From NCBI GenBank assembly GCA_032718475.1, contig JAUCBJ010009140.1:1-64000 (forward strand): DNA of 64,000 nucleotides, given 5' to 3'. A program made the position numbers and the translations under genes. This document shows, one piece after another, positions 1 to 12,302 of this stretch. This DNA comes from Nemertoderma westbladi (taxonomy: Eukaryota > Animalia > Xenacoelomorpha). Numbering within the stretch: the stretch's first letter is position 1; each line of letters begins with the position of its first letter. The notes under the pieces are model-generated. The model saw only the letters and a program-made list of their open reading frames with translations, was not told where the DNA came from and searched no databases.

Positions 1-560
1 TGATTAATGAATTAGTGAGTGATTTAAGTCAGGATTGATGAGTTAAGTTAGATAACAGTTTATACTTTCGATAATTCAAGCAGTTTACGGTACAGCAGTA
101 TTGGTTACAAAATGCCGGTGTTTCTGGCTTAGACAGCAATAACAACAAAAGTAAAGTGACAACTCTCTCTCTCTCTCCAGTCAGAAGGTAACACTCTCCA
201 TGATTTCCAGGAAAGCTACACGTCGACAGGAAAAATCGCCCTGATTGGCCCAAGCCAAACAAAGAACCACGCTGCCAATGGCTGTTTCCATGTCAGCAAC
301 CAGCTGCTAGATGTCGTAATATGAATCATCACGGCTAAGCTGTGAAAGGTGGTTTGTGCATTACAAGTTTTTGTCTTACCATGTCCGCCAAAACACGTAT
401 ATAGCAGAATGATTTTTATGTCCGTTAAAACACCTGTAAAGGTACCTTGCGGGCGAGGGGAATATATATACAGTTAGAAAACCTTTTTTAGAGTATTCCA
501 GCGCCGGGGGGGGAACTGGCCAGCCAAGGCAAACGTATCAGTTATCCCACAAAAGCTTTT

Positions 561-695
561 ACAACCTATATCTATATCTTATTAGACTGATCATTATATA
601 CACCGAACATCAGAACTCATTTTACTCTTTACACACGGCGGGGACGCGTGAACTAAACATCGGATAAATCGGGATCCCTCCTGGATCCCGTCACA
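561..695 (+). repeat. 5' LTR (only the terminal 135 bp match the 3' LTR)
   Basis: Identical to 8443-8577, ends in CA; contains the hairpin CGGGATCC-ctcct-GGATCCCG. Confidence 0.85.
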
Positions 696-707
696 GTAAC
701 TAAATCC

Positions 708-3700
708 GTGCTGCTGCCCTGGATAAACTCAATAACCACCAGCCACCAATCACTAAAGACGAAGATGAGTCGAGAGAGAGGAACGACACCGCCGCGGACC
801 CCGGACGACGATCTAACGATCCGCGAGGCCACGGCGAGACGATACGAACCCACGACGCCGGTCGATGCTACGTCGACCACGTCGACGCCAGTTGACGCCA
901 CGTCGATAACGAGCAACCCGGCGAACCAAGATGTGGGGGGTCGTCTACGAGGAGAGAGCGAGTCGAGTAGAGGAGAGAGTGAGACGGGAGAGGAGAAAGA
1001 CGAGTCGCTGCGGAGCGAGGGTCGACGTACCGATGTCGCTGGCCAGCCACAGGCCGAGGTCGACGAACGGCCCACCGGAACGGCAACGGTGGGGCCGACG
1101 GTACGACGCCGAACCCGGAGGGAGAGAGGAGATGTCGACGACGAGGACGTCGGGGTCGTCCGGCTCCGACGAGCCTACGCCGCGATCCGGGAACAACTGA
1201 AGGAAGCTAGAGGAGGGGCTGAGATAGACCAGGTGAAGTTGAGGAGACGACTAGGTGAGTCGTACAGATACTTTGATTACCTAGTGCGTTCTGGGCAGGG
1301 AGAACTGGCCGAGGAGAGAGCGAGAGGGGTTGCCTTCGAACTGTTTGGGCTATGGGAACGTAGGGGTATGGGGCCTGGTGTAGTGTACATAGGGCCATAC
1401 TTAGTCGATGCAAGGGAAGTTAAGTTAGTGGGTTGGGCGGGACCGCACGAGGGCGAATCCGAGGTTAGCTCCGAGGATTCGGTCTCGTTGGTCAGCGAGA
1501 ACCCCGGAGAGCGGGGGAAAGTTAGTAGGACGGAGGGGTGGCGGGAGTCCGTCGCAACCGATAAGTCTGCTACATCCTCCGCAAAAGAAAGACGGGTGCG
1601 GGACATGGATCTGGCATATAAATTAGGAGTGAAAGAATTAGAGTGGATAATGAGGGGAGGGAAGGAGCGAGAGAGTGAACGCGAAGAGCGTGAGGCAAGA
1701 GAACAGAGCGTGCGGTACACGTACAGTACATACAGTAACCGTACGGGCAGGGGGGGTAGTAGTAGTGCGTTAGGAAATATTGGTATTAATAGTACCGTAG
1801 TAAATAACCCTAATCCCTTTATTACAGGAAATATTTTACCCGGTAGTAGTAATTTAAGTTTAAATTCAAATAATAATATTAATTCAAATATTCAGAATAA
1901 TCAAAATAATTCAAATAATTCGAATAGCAATTTAAATTTTGAAAATAATAATAATTCTAACTTAAATAATTTAAATAATAATCCAGTTTCAAATTCTAAC
2001 AATTTAATTGATTTAACAAATAGTATTGGGAATGGTGCTATTAATGTGAACGCGTCAGACGTGTATAGCCCGGCAGACGGCGGCCTGGTAGGCCACGTAG
2101 TTGGCAGGCAGGAGGTAGCGGGGTTGAGCCAACCCGGGGTGGGCCTGGTAGGCCTCGCAGTAGTAGAGAGGGGGGCGGGGGTGAATAGACCCAGCCGTAG
2201 TAGAGACAGTGTGTCGACTAGAGAGGGGTGTAGAGACGAAGTAAGAGATATTGAAGTTAGATGTGGCGGGTGGGGGGGGGGGGGGGGGCTACGGGCGCCC
2301 CACCACATGAGATTAGCGGCGAGAGAGGGGGGGCAGAGAATGCCCCACAAAAGGGGTGTAGAGGTGTAGTAAGAGGTAGTGAAGTTAGAAGTGGCGGGTG
2401 GGGGGGGGGGGGGGGGCTACGGGCGCCCCACCACAGAAGATTAGCGGCGAGGGAAAGGGGGTAGAGAGTGTCCGACAAGAGGGACGCAGAAGTGTAGTAA
2501 GAGATAGTGAAGTTAGAAGTAGCGGGTGGGGGGGGGGGGGCTACGGGCACCCCACCGCGAGGGATTAGTAGCGAGAGAGGGGGGGCAGGGAGTGTCCCAC
2601 AGGCGTCGGCGGATAATGCGCGGGCCGAATTAGGTAAACCGCAACACCCGGCGACGGAGAGTAATAGGGGGATTGCGAGTATCCCCAGCGGCGTGCGATC
2701 GAGCAGAGAGAGACAGGTTGACGTCGCGAGAGGGCGGGCGACGGAACGTCGAGCCCAGTCAGAAGAGAGAAGATTAGTAGAGTTTAATAGAGGGGTCGAA
2801 GATAGAAGAAGATTAGTAGAGTTTAACCGAGAGGTCGAAGAGAGAAGAAAGGAAGATAATAGAAGAGTCGTTGCTAGGAGCAACCGGAGAGCGAGGACGG
2901 ATAGCGAGCCGTCGATAGTAGAGATGGAGGTAGGGAGTCAGTGGGGTCGAACTTCGGGAGATTGCCGTCGCCCCGGAGAAATGCACCGCACGCCAAGAGA
3001 GGGGTACAGGATGTACCGATGATTAGCGGCGAGAGAGGGGGGGCAGAGAATGCCCCACAAAAGGGGTGTAGAGGTGTAGTAAGAGGTAGTGAAGTTAGAA
3101 GTGGCGGGTGGGGGGGGGGGGGGGGGGGGGGCTACGGGCGCCCCACCACAGAAGATTAGCGGCGAGGGAAAGGGGGTAGAGAGTGTCCGACAAGAGGGAC
3201 GCAGAAGTGTAGTAAGAGATAGTGAATTTAGAAGTAGCGGGTGGGGGGGGGGGGCTACGGGCACCCCACCGCGAGGGATTAGTAGCGAGAGAGGGGGGGC
3301 AGGGAGTGTCCCACAGGCGTCGGCGGATAATGCGCGGGCCGAATTAGGTAAACCGCAACACCCGGCGATGGAGAGTAATAGGGGGATTGCGAGTATCCCC
3401 AGCGGCGTGCGATCGAGCAGAGAGAGACAGGTTGACGTCGCGAGAGGGCGGGCGACGGAACGTCGAGCCCAGTCAGAAGAGAGAAGATTAGTAGAGTTTA
3501 ATAGAGGGGTCGAAGATAGAAGAAGATTAGTAGAGTTTAACCGAGAGGTCGAAGAGAGAAGAAAGGAAGATAATAGAAGAGTCGTTGCTAGGAGCAACCG
3601 GAGAGCGAGGACGGATAGCGAGCCGTCGATAGTAGAGATGGAGGTAGGGAGTCAGTGGGGTCGAACTTCGGGAGATTGCCGTCGCCCCGGAGAAACGCAC

Positions 3701-4015
3701 CGCACGCCAAGAGAGGGGTACAGGATGTACCGATACGAAGACGAGAGCAGGATAGGGGATCGAAGGGAAACTTCCCGACGTGATATAGCTGCCGATCGAG
3801 AGTACGGTAGTCGCGGGGAGATTCGAGATTCGCGAAGAATAAACTTCGGTTCGGAAGGGCACATGCAGACTGCAGGACATACTGTAGGCCTTACTGCACA
3901 TACTATTATAGGCCATGCTGGGAGAGATAGAGTAGGCGATAGGGTAGCGCGGACGACGGGATTAAACCCGGAAGTCGCGGAGTACATACCGGTAGGTAGG
4001 CAAGAAGTGAGATAG
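708..4015 (+). CDS. Low-complexity R/E/G- and Asn-rich ORF(s) upstream of gag, broken at poly-G runs; probable Gag N-terminal extension
   Basis: ORFs 708-2369, 2507-3022 and 3089-4015 on the same strand just inside the LTR; frame changes coincide with G homopolymers and an internal duplication. Confidence 0.45.
2311..3734 (+). repeat. Near-identical ~710-bp tandem duplication
   Basis: 2311-3020 and 3021-3734 both run GATTAGCGGC...ATGTACCGAT and differ mainly in poly-G length and a few SNPs. Confidence 0.95.
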
Positions 4016-4106
4016 GCCTATATCGGTACCGGTACAGCAGCATGACTATAATTTCCAGGGACACAACATATATCCAGGGGAGGGGGGAATTATTGCAGAT
4101 AGATGT

Positions 4107-6599
4107 ATGGGCCCCAATATATTAACATCAACCCCAGTACCAAACATACCGGTGGGAGGGGGACAGGGTGACATTCCCCCATCACAATATCAACAATATA
4201 CCCCAATAGGAGCAAGAACATCGAACCCCTTGGACGAGAATAGGTCGTGCGACACGGAAATATGGAGGGGGCCGTTACCCCCAATGATATATCCGACGCA
4301 ACAAGCAAAGTCAACAACAGATAGGACGGACGGACCGTACCCAGCAGGAGAAACTATACAACATCCATCGAACCCATTAGAAGCGCAAGCGATGGGAATG
4401 GCCACATTGATCGATGCGTTAAAAACTAGGATCGAGTTACCACCTGTGGAACCATTTAAATTCGATGGGAGTAGGCCGGAAGAATATCTACAGTTTCGGC
4501 GCATGTATAGTAACGAAATATTAAGTAAGAACTTGACGCAGGCGGAGTGCCTAAAATATCTGCAAGTATATACAGGAGGCCCAGCATACGACATCGTGAG
4601 GCAATACCAGGGCATCGAGGGCGGCTTCACGACAGCATGGCGGGCGCTAGATAGGGAATACGGGCACCCGGCCAAGATCATCCGGCAAACCCTGAGAGGC
4701 ATAACATCGGGTGGCCTACAGGATAATCCCGTTAGCATAAGGACCTTTGCGAACAAGGTCGAGAAGGCGTTAATCGTGTTAAAGACGCTAGACGCACCAT
4801 ACGAACTCAACGCGTCTAACAACATCACCACGATAGCGCAGGCACTGCCGGTCTGGTTACGAAGGAAGTGGAGGAAAATCGCTTTCTCCACACGTGAGAA
4901 GAAAGGTGCGGAACCGGGCCTAGAAGAAATGTCGAGCTTCCTCAACTATGAAGCCGAATTAATAACAGACCCAGTCTATAGCGAGGATAGTTTGGGGACA
5001 AGCCATAAACCCGAACACGATCCTGCAGATCCATTCCCGAGAGTAGGACAATCACTACCACATGCGGCCACACAGGGGACTGCTAGTCCACAGTTAGCTG
5101 GTAGTAGGGCCACACCGTGGCAGGGACAGAAAGAAAATAACACCATAAATAAACATAATCCCAATATACCCAGTAGGCCGAATACAGACAACCAAAACAC
5201 TAAATCGGTACATATAAACCTACGCGCGATACGTGAGGGACTATACAGGGAACGCTATAACCCAGGATTCGAATGTCAATTACATCGGGACGGAACACAT
5301 AAGACCAGGAGTTGTAAGCACTGGCAAGCGTTGCCCAAACAAGATCGTATAGCCTACACAGACGCAAACGGACTATGTCATCGATGTGTGGTAGAAGGAC
5401 ACAGGTCCGGAGAGTGTAGAGAAACAGCAGTTAGAGAGTCCGAGACTGGAGGCCAGGCAATGGCCACAAGCACGACAGAAGAGGAGAAGAAGAGAAAAGT
5501 ACTACTCGGGGTAGTACCAGTAAAGATATCAGGAGAGGGCGGTCGATCAGTAACGACATTAATGCTGGTCGACAGCGGAGCAGCCTTCACGCTGGTGGAG
5601 AACTGGGTGGCCGAAGAGATAGGGCTAAAGACGAGGCCGAACAGAATGGCGGTAACTACCGTCTCGAGTAAAGATGAGGTCCTGGAGACGAGGACGGGGC
5701 GGTGCAGGATAGCAGCGATTGCACCGGGATGCGGCTATGGGGCGACGATCGACCCCATCCACGTCATCGAATCGATAAACATCAACGCCAGGCGACCAAC
5801 CAACACTGAGGTCGAGCAGTATAGATTCCTGGACGGTATCGATTTCTCAATACCAAAGGTGGACGTTAGGAAGGTGTCCATTATAGTAGGAATGGACTGC
5901 CCGACGGCCCATGAGAGGATGAAGACGGTCTTCGGCGAAGACAGGCAGCGGGACCCGACGGCGATCCTCACGCCGTTCGGATGGACGCTTAGCGGCCCAG
6001 TTAAAAACAACATCCCATGCAGTGTGACAGAGACATCTGGGTGCATGATACCAGGCACCGAAGACGCAGAGGAAGTAGAGGAGAAACGAGAGATAGTAGA
6101 GCCAGATAGGGAGGTGACAGTAAGAAAGTGGGCAGAGGAGAGTAGGTTTCCCAGCAAGCATCGGTATGGAGATGAAGCGGAGCGGACGGCGAGGTGTCCG
6201 GAGGACAACACTCCAGAGGAGTGTCTGGAGGAGTGTCTAGAGGAGTGTCCGGAAGAGATGCCGGTCCGGTTTGGAGGCATACCGACAAGGGGGAAGTCGA
6301 GAAGGAAGGCAGGATGGAAAGGAATAGGACTACTGTTCTGCCTGTTCTTTCACTTTCTATTCATTCTGCCGGCGGGAGACAACAAAGAAAGAGGTGGCAT
6401 TTTGATGCCAAGAGAGGACATAGTTAAGAAGGCGGTGGAGAGACCCGATTTTGGGGTGGTGAAAGGGGGAGAGCCAATTCCAGATGAGTTGGAGTTGGCG
6501 AAGAAAGTGGGTGGAAAGATAAGAGGACGCGCAGGGGGACAGCGGGACAACGCCTCATGGAAGAATCGATGGAAGATCGAGGGGCAGCTTAGAGTTTAG
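4107..6599 (+). CDS. BEL/Pao-type Gag-aspartic protease polyprotein without Pol
   Basis: IELPPVEPFKFDG...LKYLQVYTGGPA (DUF1759-like Gag), Cys/His knuckles (CHRCVVEGHRSGEC), protease LVDSGA plus IIVGMD, and PTAILTPFGWTLSGP typical of Pao elements. Confidence 0.85.
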   Translation: MGPNILTSTPVPNIPVGGGQGDIPPSQYQQYTPIGARTSNPLDENRSCDTEIWRGPLPPMIYPTQQAKSTTDRTDGPYPAGETIQHPSNPLEAQAMGMATLIDALKTRIELPPVEPFKFDGSRPEEYLQFRRMYSNEILSKNLTQAECLKYLQVYTGGPAYDIVRQYQGIEGGFTTAWRALDREYGHPAKIIRQTLRGITSGGLQDNPVSIRTFANKVEKALIVLKTLDAPYELNASNNITTIAQALPVWLRRKWRKIAFSTREKKGAEPGLEEMSSFLNYEAELITDPVYSEDSLGTSHKPEHDPADPFPRVGQSLPHAATQGTASPQLAGSRATPWQGQKENNTINKHNPNIPSRPNTDNQNTKSVHINLRAIREGLYRERYNPGFECQLHRDGTHKTRSCKHWQALPKQDRIAYTDANGLCHRCVVEGHRSGECRETAVRESETGGQAMATSTTEEEKKRKVLLGVVPVKISGEGGRSVTTLMLVDSGAAFTLVENWVAEEIGLKTRPNRMAVTTVSSKDEVLETRTGRCRIAAIAPGCGYGATIDPIHVIESININARRPTNTEVEQYRFLDGIDFSIPKVDVRKVSIIVGMDCPTAHERMKTVFGEDRQRDPTAILTPFGWTLSGPVKNNIPCSVTETSGCMIPGTEDAEEVEEKREIVEPDREVTVRKWAEESRFPSKHRYGDEAERTARCPEDNTPEECLEECLEECPEEMPVRFGGIPTRGKSRRKAGWKGIGLLFCLFFHFLFILPAGDNKERGGILMPREDIVKKAVERPDFGVVKGGEPIPDELELAKKVGGKIRGRAGGQRDNASWKNRWKIEGQLRV

Positions 6600-6631
6600 T
6601 CGTCCAATATTTGGACTGAGGGGGGTGGGAA

Positions 6632-8577
6632 TGAGGGCGAGACGCCCTTCCCACAAGAAATTAATTATTTAATTAAAAATAAAAATAAATAATAATAAAT
6701 AATTAAATAATTAAAATAATAGTTAGTAGAAGTAAGAAGTAGTTCGAAGATAGGAGAGTAGAGTTAGAAGGCGGCGGGGCAAGGGAGTGTGGCATATTGT
6801 CATGCCACGAGTAGTAGTAGTGGGGTTGTGGGCACCGTAAGCGCCACGTAGAAGGAGAGTAGGTTAGAAGGCGGCGGGGTAAGGGAGTCTGGCATATTGT
6901 CATGCCACGAGTAGTAGTAGGGGGGTCGTGGGCACCGGAAGCGCCACGTAGAAAGTAGTAGGAGAGAGTGGTTGTGGGCACCGGAAGCGCCACGTAGAAA
7001 GTAGTAGCAGAGAGTGGTTGTGGACACCGCAAGCGCCACGTAGATAGAGGTGGTGAAAGAGTGGTTGTGGGCACCGCAAGCGCCACGTAGAGAGTAGAAA
7101 GGGGTAGACCAAGTATAGTTAGAGTTAGTAGAGAGTTAGAGGGTTTTAGTTAAAGTAGTAGTAGAGTGGTTGTGGGCACCGTTAGCGCCACGTAGTAGAA
7201 GAGTTAGAGTTAAAGTTAGTAGATGGAAGTAGAGTTAGTAAGAGTTAAAGTTAGTAGATGGAAGTAGAGTTAGTAAGAGGGTACGTAGTACCGGTTGTGG
7301 TTGTGGGCACCGTTAGCGCCACGTAGATGGAGGTAGAGTTAGTAAGAGGGTACGTAGTACCGGTTGTGGTTGTGGGCACCGTTAGCGCCACGTAGATGGA
7401 GGTAGAGCTAGTAAGAGGGTACGTAGTACCGGTTGTGGTAGTGGGCACCACAAGCGCCACGTAGATGGAGGATTTTAGTCAGAGTTAGAAAAGAGTTAGT
7501 AGACTTAGCAGAAAGTTAGAGAGTTCTAGTTAGAGTTAGTAGAAAGTTAGCTAAAAGTAGTAAGAGTTAGCAGAGAGTAGAGTTAGTAGTTAGTAGAGTT
7601 AGGAGTTAGTTAGAGTTAGAGAAGTTAGATAGTTAGAGTTAGTAAGTTAGATAAGGTAGATAGTATGATAGCACAGGGGTAGCATTAGAGGTCAGGGCCT
7701 TAAAGAGTGGCAGGGAGTAGAGAGGAGATAGTGAAAGGAACTGTTGGCGAGAGAGAAGAGTGCGATTCAGGTGTGGGGAGAGGGTAAGAGCGAGTTGAGT
7801 CAGAGAGCGGAGTTAGAGTGGTGAGAGTGTTGGGGAAACAAAAATTGTGTGAGAGAAGCGCACGATCGGCCCGACACGAGACGCCAGAGGGTAGTGAGAT
7901 CATACCCATAGGGAGCGGCCTGGAAAGCCGACTCCAAGAAAATAACTCCACCCCACACCCGATAATAGATCGAGTTCCAGCGGAATTGTAGCGCACTTTA
8001 GTTGGATGCTATCTTCTTACCGGGAAGATAGCATGGGGGGGAGTGTTAGCTTATCCAATTCCGCTAACACAAACCCATAGAGTGAGCCATTAAGCAATAT
8101 TGGGAGCACGAGGTTGATTACCAATATCAACCTCGTGTTACCCCAATAAAGTGGGAAGGGAAGGAGAAACACACAATGGAGGGTCAGGGGCCAAACCCCT
8201 AACCGAGAGAGAACACGAGGAGTGAAGGGAAACACTCCAAAGGGTGCCAACAGGGATATCAACCAATCAGAGGGGGGAAAGGCATCGATTAGGTACAGCA
8301 ATAAGGCCACCGTGCAATATAACCAGTTACCAGTAATCATACCAGTCAGTTATCCCAGTATCATATTGGTGCTAGTTAGGTTAGATAGTTCAGCTAGGGA
8401 AGGACCGGGACTTTAGTTACCATATCCCGCCTTCCGTGTACAACAACCTATATCTATATCTTATTAGACTGATCATTATATACACCGAACATCAGAACTC
8501 ATTTTACTCTTTACACACGGCGGGGACGCGTGAACTAAACATCGGATAAATCGGGATCCCTCCTGGATCCCGTCACA
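6632..8577 (+). repeat. 3' LTR (~1.95 kb) with internal repeat array
   Basis: Starts TG directly after the polypurine tract, ends CA; last 135 bp identical to the 5' copy. Confidence 0.7.
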
Positions 8578-11500
8578 TTGATGTTGACGTTCTGGACAAA
8601 ATTAACATAATTGGCACAGGTGTAGGTAATTCTAATTACCATACCTTTAATACTTTATTACTATACTTTTAACTAGAGACAGGCCTAGCGGCCCGTGAAG
8701 CAAGTCGTAGGAGACAGTACGAGCCAAGTAAAAGCTTTTTCTTCTGTCTGATAATAAATTAGTGTGAGGGTAGTCCCGGTAGTGTACGAGAAATTTTCTA
8801 GACAACTTCAAACTATAATTATTATGTTGTAATCATTTAATGAATTATAAAAGCTGTTGTGATTATAGAAGATAGAGAGCAGTTAGCGAAATGATTATTT
8901 TGTTCTATCGGATAGAGTAGTCGGAGTCTCAGAGAGGAGTCGAGGTGTCAATTGATTAATAATAATAACAGCAGTTGTCATGAATTCAATACAATCGCGC
9001 ACAAGAAGTGATAAGACAAATTCGTTCTTATTTTTGTAATAAATAAAACAAGTTGAGATGTTTCAATGTAAACCGCGATTAACAATTTACACTGTTCAAT
9101 GTAAACCACGATATTACCGTAATTAAATACAACAATCATATTATTCTTGTAACAGATTTTCATATTTCAAACTATAATGTTATTAGCCTTATGGAGAATC
9201 ATTATGAGGCTGAGTAAATATTCAGCCTTATCAACATACAGCCTCCACAGTATTAATGTTGGCACAAAGATTTAAAAATAAAACAATTATTATTAATTAA
9301 GAGTACAGTGCAATCAATAGTAGTCAACACACTGTGTAACTAACAGTCATTTAGCTTGCACGCCAATTAATTAACATAGCAAGGATGCATGGGGAAGAGT
9401 TATTCAGCTGAGAGTGTAATAGCCAGCTAAACCAGTTAATGTTTGCTTACTGTCTGGGTTGTAGAGTAGAATGATAATAAAACTTGGCAGAGAAAGTACT
9501 TCTTAGTTAGTTGCCCTTCCTCTTGAATGCATTACCAGGCCATCTCTATACATTTTTCATGAGTGCCAGCTGGTGTTTTTATCATTGCGCCTATGGCAAT
9601 TTTAGTGTTTTGGGGCTATTTTTCGAAATAAAACAAGTTGAGATGTTTCAATTAAACAAGTACCCATAGAAATCCATTTTCATGGTCCATGCAAAATTTT
9701 ATCAAAATCGTTAGAGCCGTTTTTGCTCTAGGTCAGTAGCCAGTAGTCAGTAGCCAGTAGCTTTTTTTTCATACAGTAATCAAGTCTAACGAAAATTGGA
9801 AAATCGGCATTAAGCAAGTCTTACGACTTGCTAATTACCATACAGAGATATTTAGTTTTTAGAATATTTTAAACTTTTACCGGGCCTCAAGAGCATCCAA
9901 ATTTTGACATTTGAAGTAATGTGGGGAAAATTAAAAAAAATACAATAAGTAAAATTTTTTTGTTTCATAACGTCGTCATTCAAATGATTAGAATTTATCG
10001 CACCTGCATGACTGCCAAATAGCAGCTGGAAATTATTTTACCACGAAATTGGAGGTATTTACTTTCAGACTTTACACCCCCTACTGCCCTATTCACAGAC
10101 TGAAAGACTGCCGGCGGCGGCTCTGGTATTTAGTTATGGCGAGACGTTTCTAACAAGCTGTATCGAGAAGGGTTCGAGTGTATAATAGTCTGTGTCAGTC
10201 ACACAGACAAACAGACCGAACTGTACTGTTCAGTTTTAGATTAAGTAATAAAACAAATACATACCAACAACCAACATGCAAATAAAATGTAAGTAAAAAA
10301 GTAAGTCTAACAATAATAATACTAATAATAATAAATATAATAATAATTATGAACTACATTTTGTCTGAACTTACAAAGTAAACCCAAAACGTTCATACAT
10401 TGAATTATTTACTACAGCAAACAACACAGACAGAGTTTATAAATGCAGTTATGGAATTATATTTCAAGCCATTTTCGTTAGAATAACATTAAAAAAAATT
10501 ATAATTATATTACATTAGGGTTAGATGGAAGTTATTAATTGAGTTTTAATTATATTTGAGGCCGCCATTATCGTAACCAGTGAATTTCAATTGACTGAGA
10601 AAAAAAATTCCGGACTGGAGAGACCTGAAGCTGAAATAGATATGATCTTGCCTAAAAAGTTAAATCTATCCTCCAACGGACTTATCGAAGATTCCAACTC
10701 TTTGTCTCTCCGTAATCAAAAATTACGTATATGGTCATTGGTCAGTAAGGATGGCACATTTTTGCAAATTCACACTTTTGCTTATAAATCCAGTTTACAT
10801 CAACCGATTTTAATGGTTGATGGCTCGTTTTGAAGAATAGAGCGAGCTCTACAACATAGATAAAATCTGAGCTGCACACTAATATTGTATTTTCACTACA
10901 AGAAGTCAAGTCATAAAAATGTATACCTTGGTGTCTGTCTACCTTGGGCGTTGCAAAATATAGTTCCCATGAAATAAGCTGCCATACAAAAATATGACTT
11001 GAATATCTTGGCCAATATTATATACCAATCGATAGAGTGGACGTTGCTTCTTCATTTAATCACAAAGGGCACATAAACATGACCCATGGCTTAAAACAAC
11101 GTCTAGCATAACAAACTATATAGAATTTCACTTTTTTCTTAAAAAAAAATGGTGTATAAACAACATCTACAGACTGTCTACATGGTGTCGGAATGCCGCC
11201 AAATAAACATTTATTGTAATGAGTATTGATTCTGCTTCCCAAATTATATCTATTCGACCCTCCTACTTCCTGCAATTTGACCACAAAATCTGTTTAAGGA
11301 GGGTAGGACAGGATTTTGGATAAATATGTATACCCTTGGAACATAACTTTGACTGCCTGTCATTTTCTACAAACGAACGGGTTGATATCGGCACTTACAA
11401 TTTTAATTACTTCTATAGAGCCCTTTGTGTTGGCTAAGATAAATTGTCGCTGCCCTTCCCGTTTCTATGATACTGCAGTATATTGGTATACCTTGGTATA

Positions 11501-11660
11501 AGACGGTATCCCTTGGAATTTGTATCCCTTGGAAGTGAAAGAGTTTGTTCGTTCCAAGGTAGACATTTTTATACCAAGGTAGACAGTTTTAGCTCATTAT
11601 AGATATTATAATGTTCAAGTATACTTTATCAGTGTGATAAACAATGGGACAGCAACACGC

Positions 11661-11905
11661 CAAGCTTCTACAATGTTTTCAAGGTATACAATGCAATTAA
11701 TACACGGTAGGCGTTTAACAGCCCCAATACGATATAAACAATGGGGCCAAGCTTCAAAAATGACTCCAAGGTATACAATACAATTAATACACGGTACATA
11801 AGCATTTAACAGCCCCAATACGATATAAACAATGGGGTCAAGCTTCAACAACGACTCCATGGTATACAATACAATTAATACACGGTAGGCGTTTAACAGC
11901 CCCAC
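11661..11905. repeat. ~3 copies of an ~88-bp degenerate tandem repeat
   Basis: CAAGCTTC...GGTATACAAT.CAATTAATACACGGTA...TTTAACAGCCCC repeated three times. Confidence 0.85.
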
Positions 11906-11955
11906 TATAGGGATTTCAATCTAGCATTCTAGCACGGACCTTAGTTACTGTGATG

Positions 11956-12119
11956 TGTTAATACTAAATACTGCTATATTATACCACAACGCTTATTTAT
12001 TATCAACAAACACTTTCACGCAATACAATCCAGAATATATTAAAACTAACTATTCTAGAACTTGTTCGTTGCACATGTTACTACAATTATACATTTTACA
12101 CATATCATAGATATTAACA
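11956..12119 (-). repeat. Probable 3' LTR of the Copia element
   Basis: 164 bp bounded by inverted termini TGTTAATA...TATTAACA, ~180 bp downstream of the RNase H stop; no partner LTR in the window. Confidence 0.6.
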
Positions 12120-12302
12120 TTAATACAAATACTTTTTTTTTTAGTCCTTCTTTATCCTAAATATATGTAGATATTCATCCTAGAGATTCAATCATAGATT
12201 AGTATAAATTATGTTTTTTTGTTTTGTTGTTGTTCTAAATATCAATCACATGTGAGTTACACTCCAATGGTTTATAACATAGTCTACTGACGAATCGTTA
12301 CA

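Larger units (their letters stand above)
561..8577 (+). mobile_element. Non-autonomous BEL/Pao-like LTR retrotransposon (gag-protease only)
   Basis: 135-bp direct repeat ending TCACA at 561-695 and 8443-8577; G-rich PPT at ~6618-6631 followed by TG; internal ORF has Pao-type Gag, Zn knuckles and a DSG protease; no RT/RNase H/integrase motifs; no TSD found. Confidence 0.8.

Noticed and set aside
653-6550. Numerous antisense ORFs over the first LTR element
   Set aside because: Shadow ORFs of GC-rich, purine-skewed coding and duplicated DNA
6820-7470. CRISPR-like repeat-spacer pattern
   Set aside because: Eukaryotic LTR context; spacers are related to each other and low-complexity; no cas genes
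8580-11600. Possible Helitron/other TE remnants and short ORFs
   Set aside because: No boundaries, TSDs or protein motifs that I can support by eye
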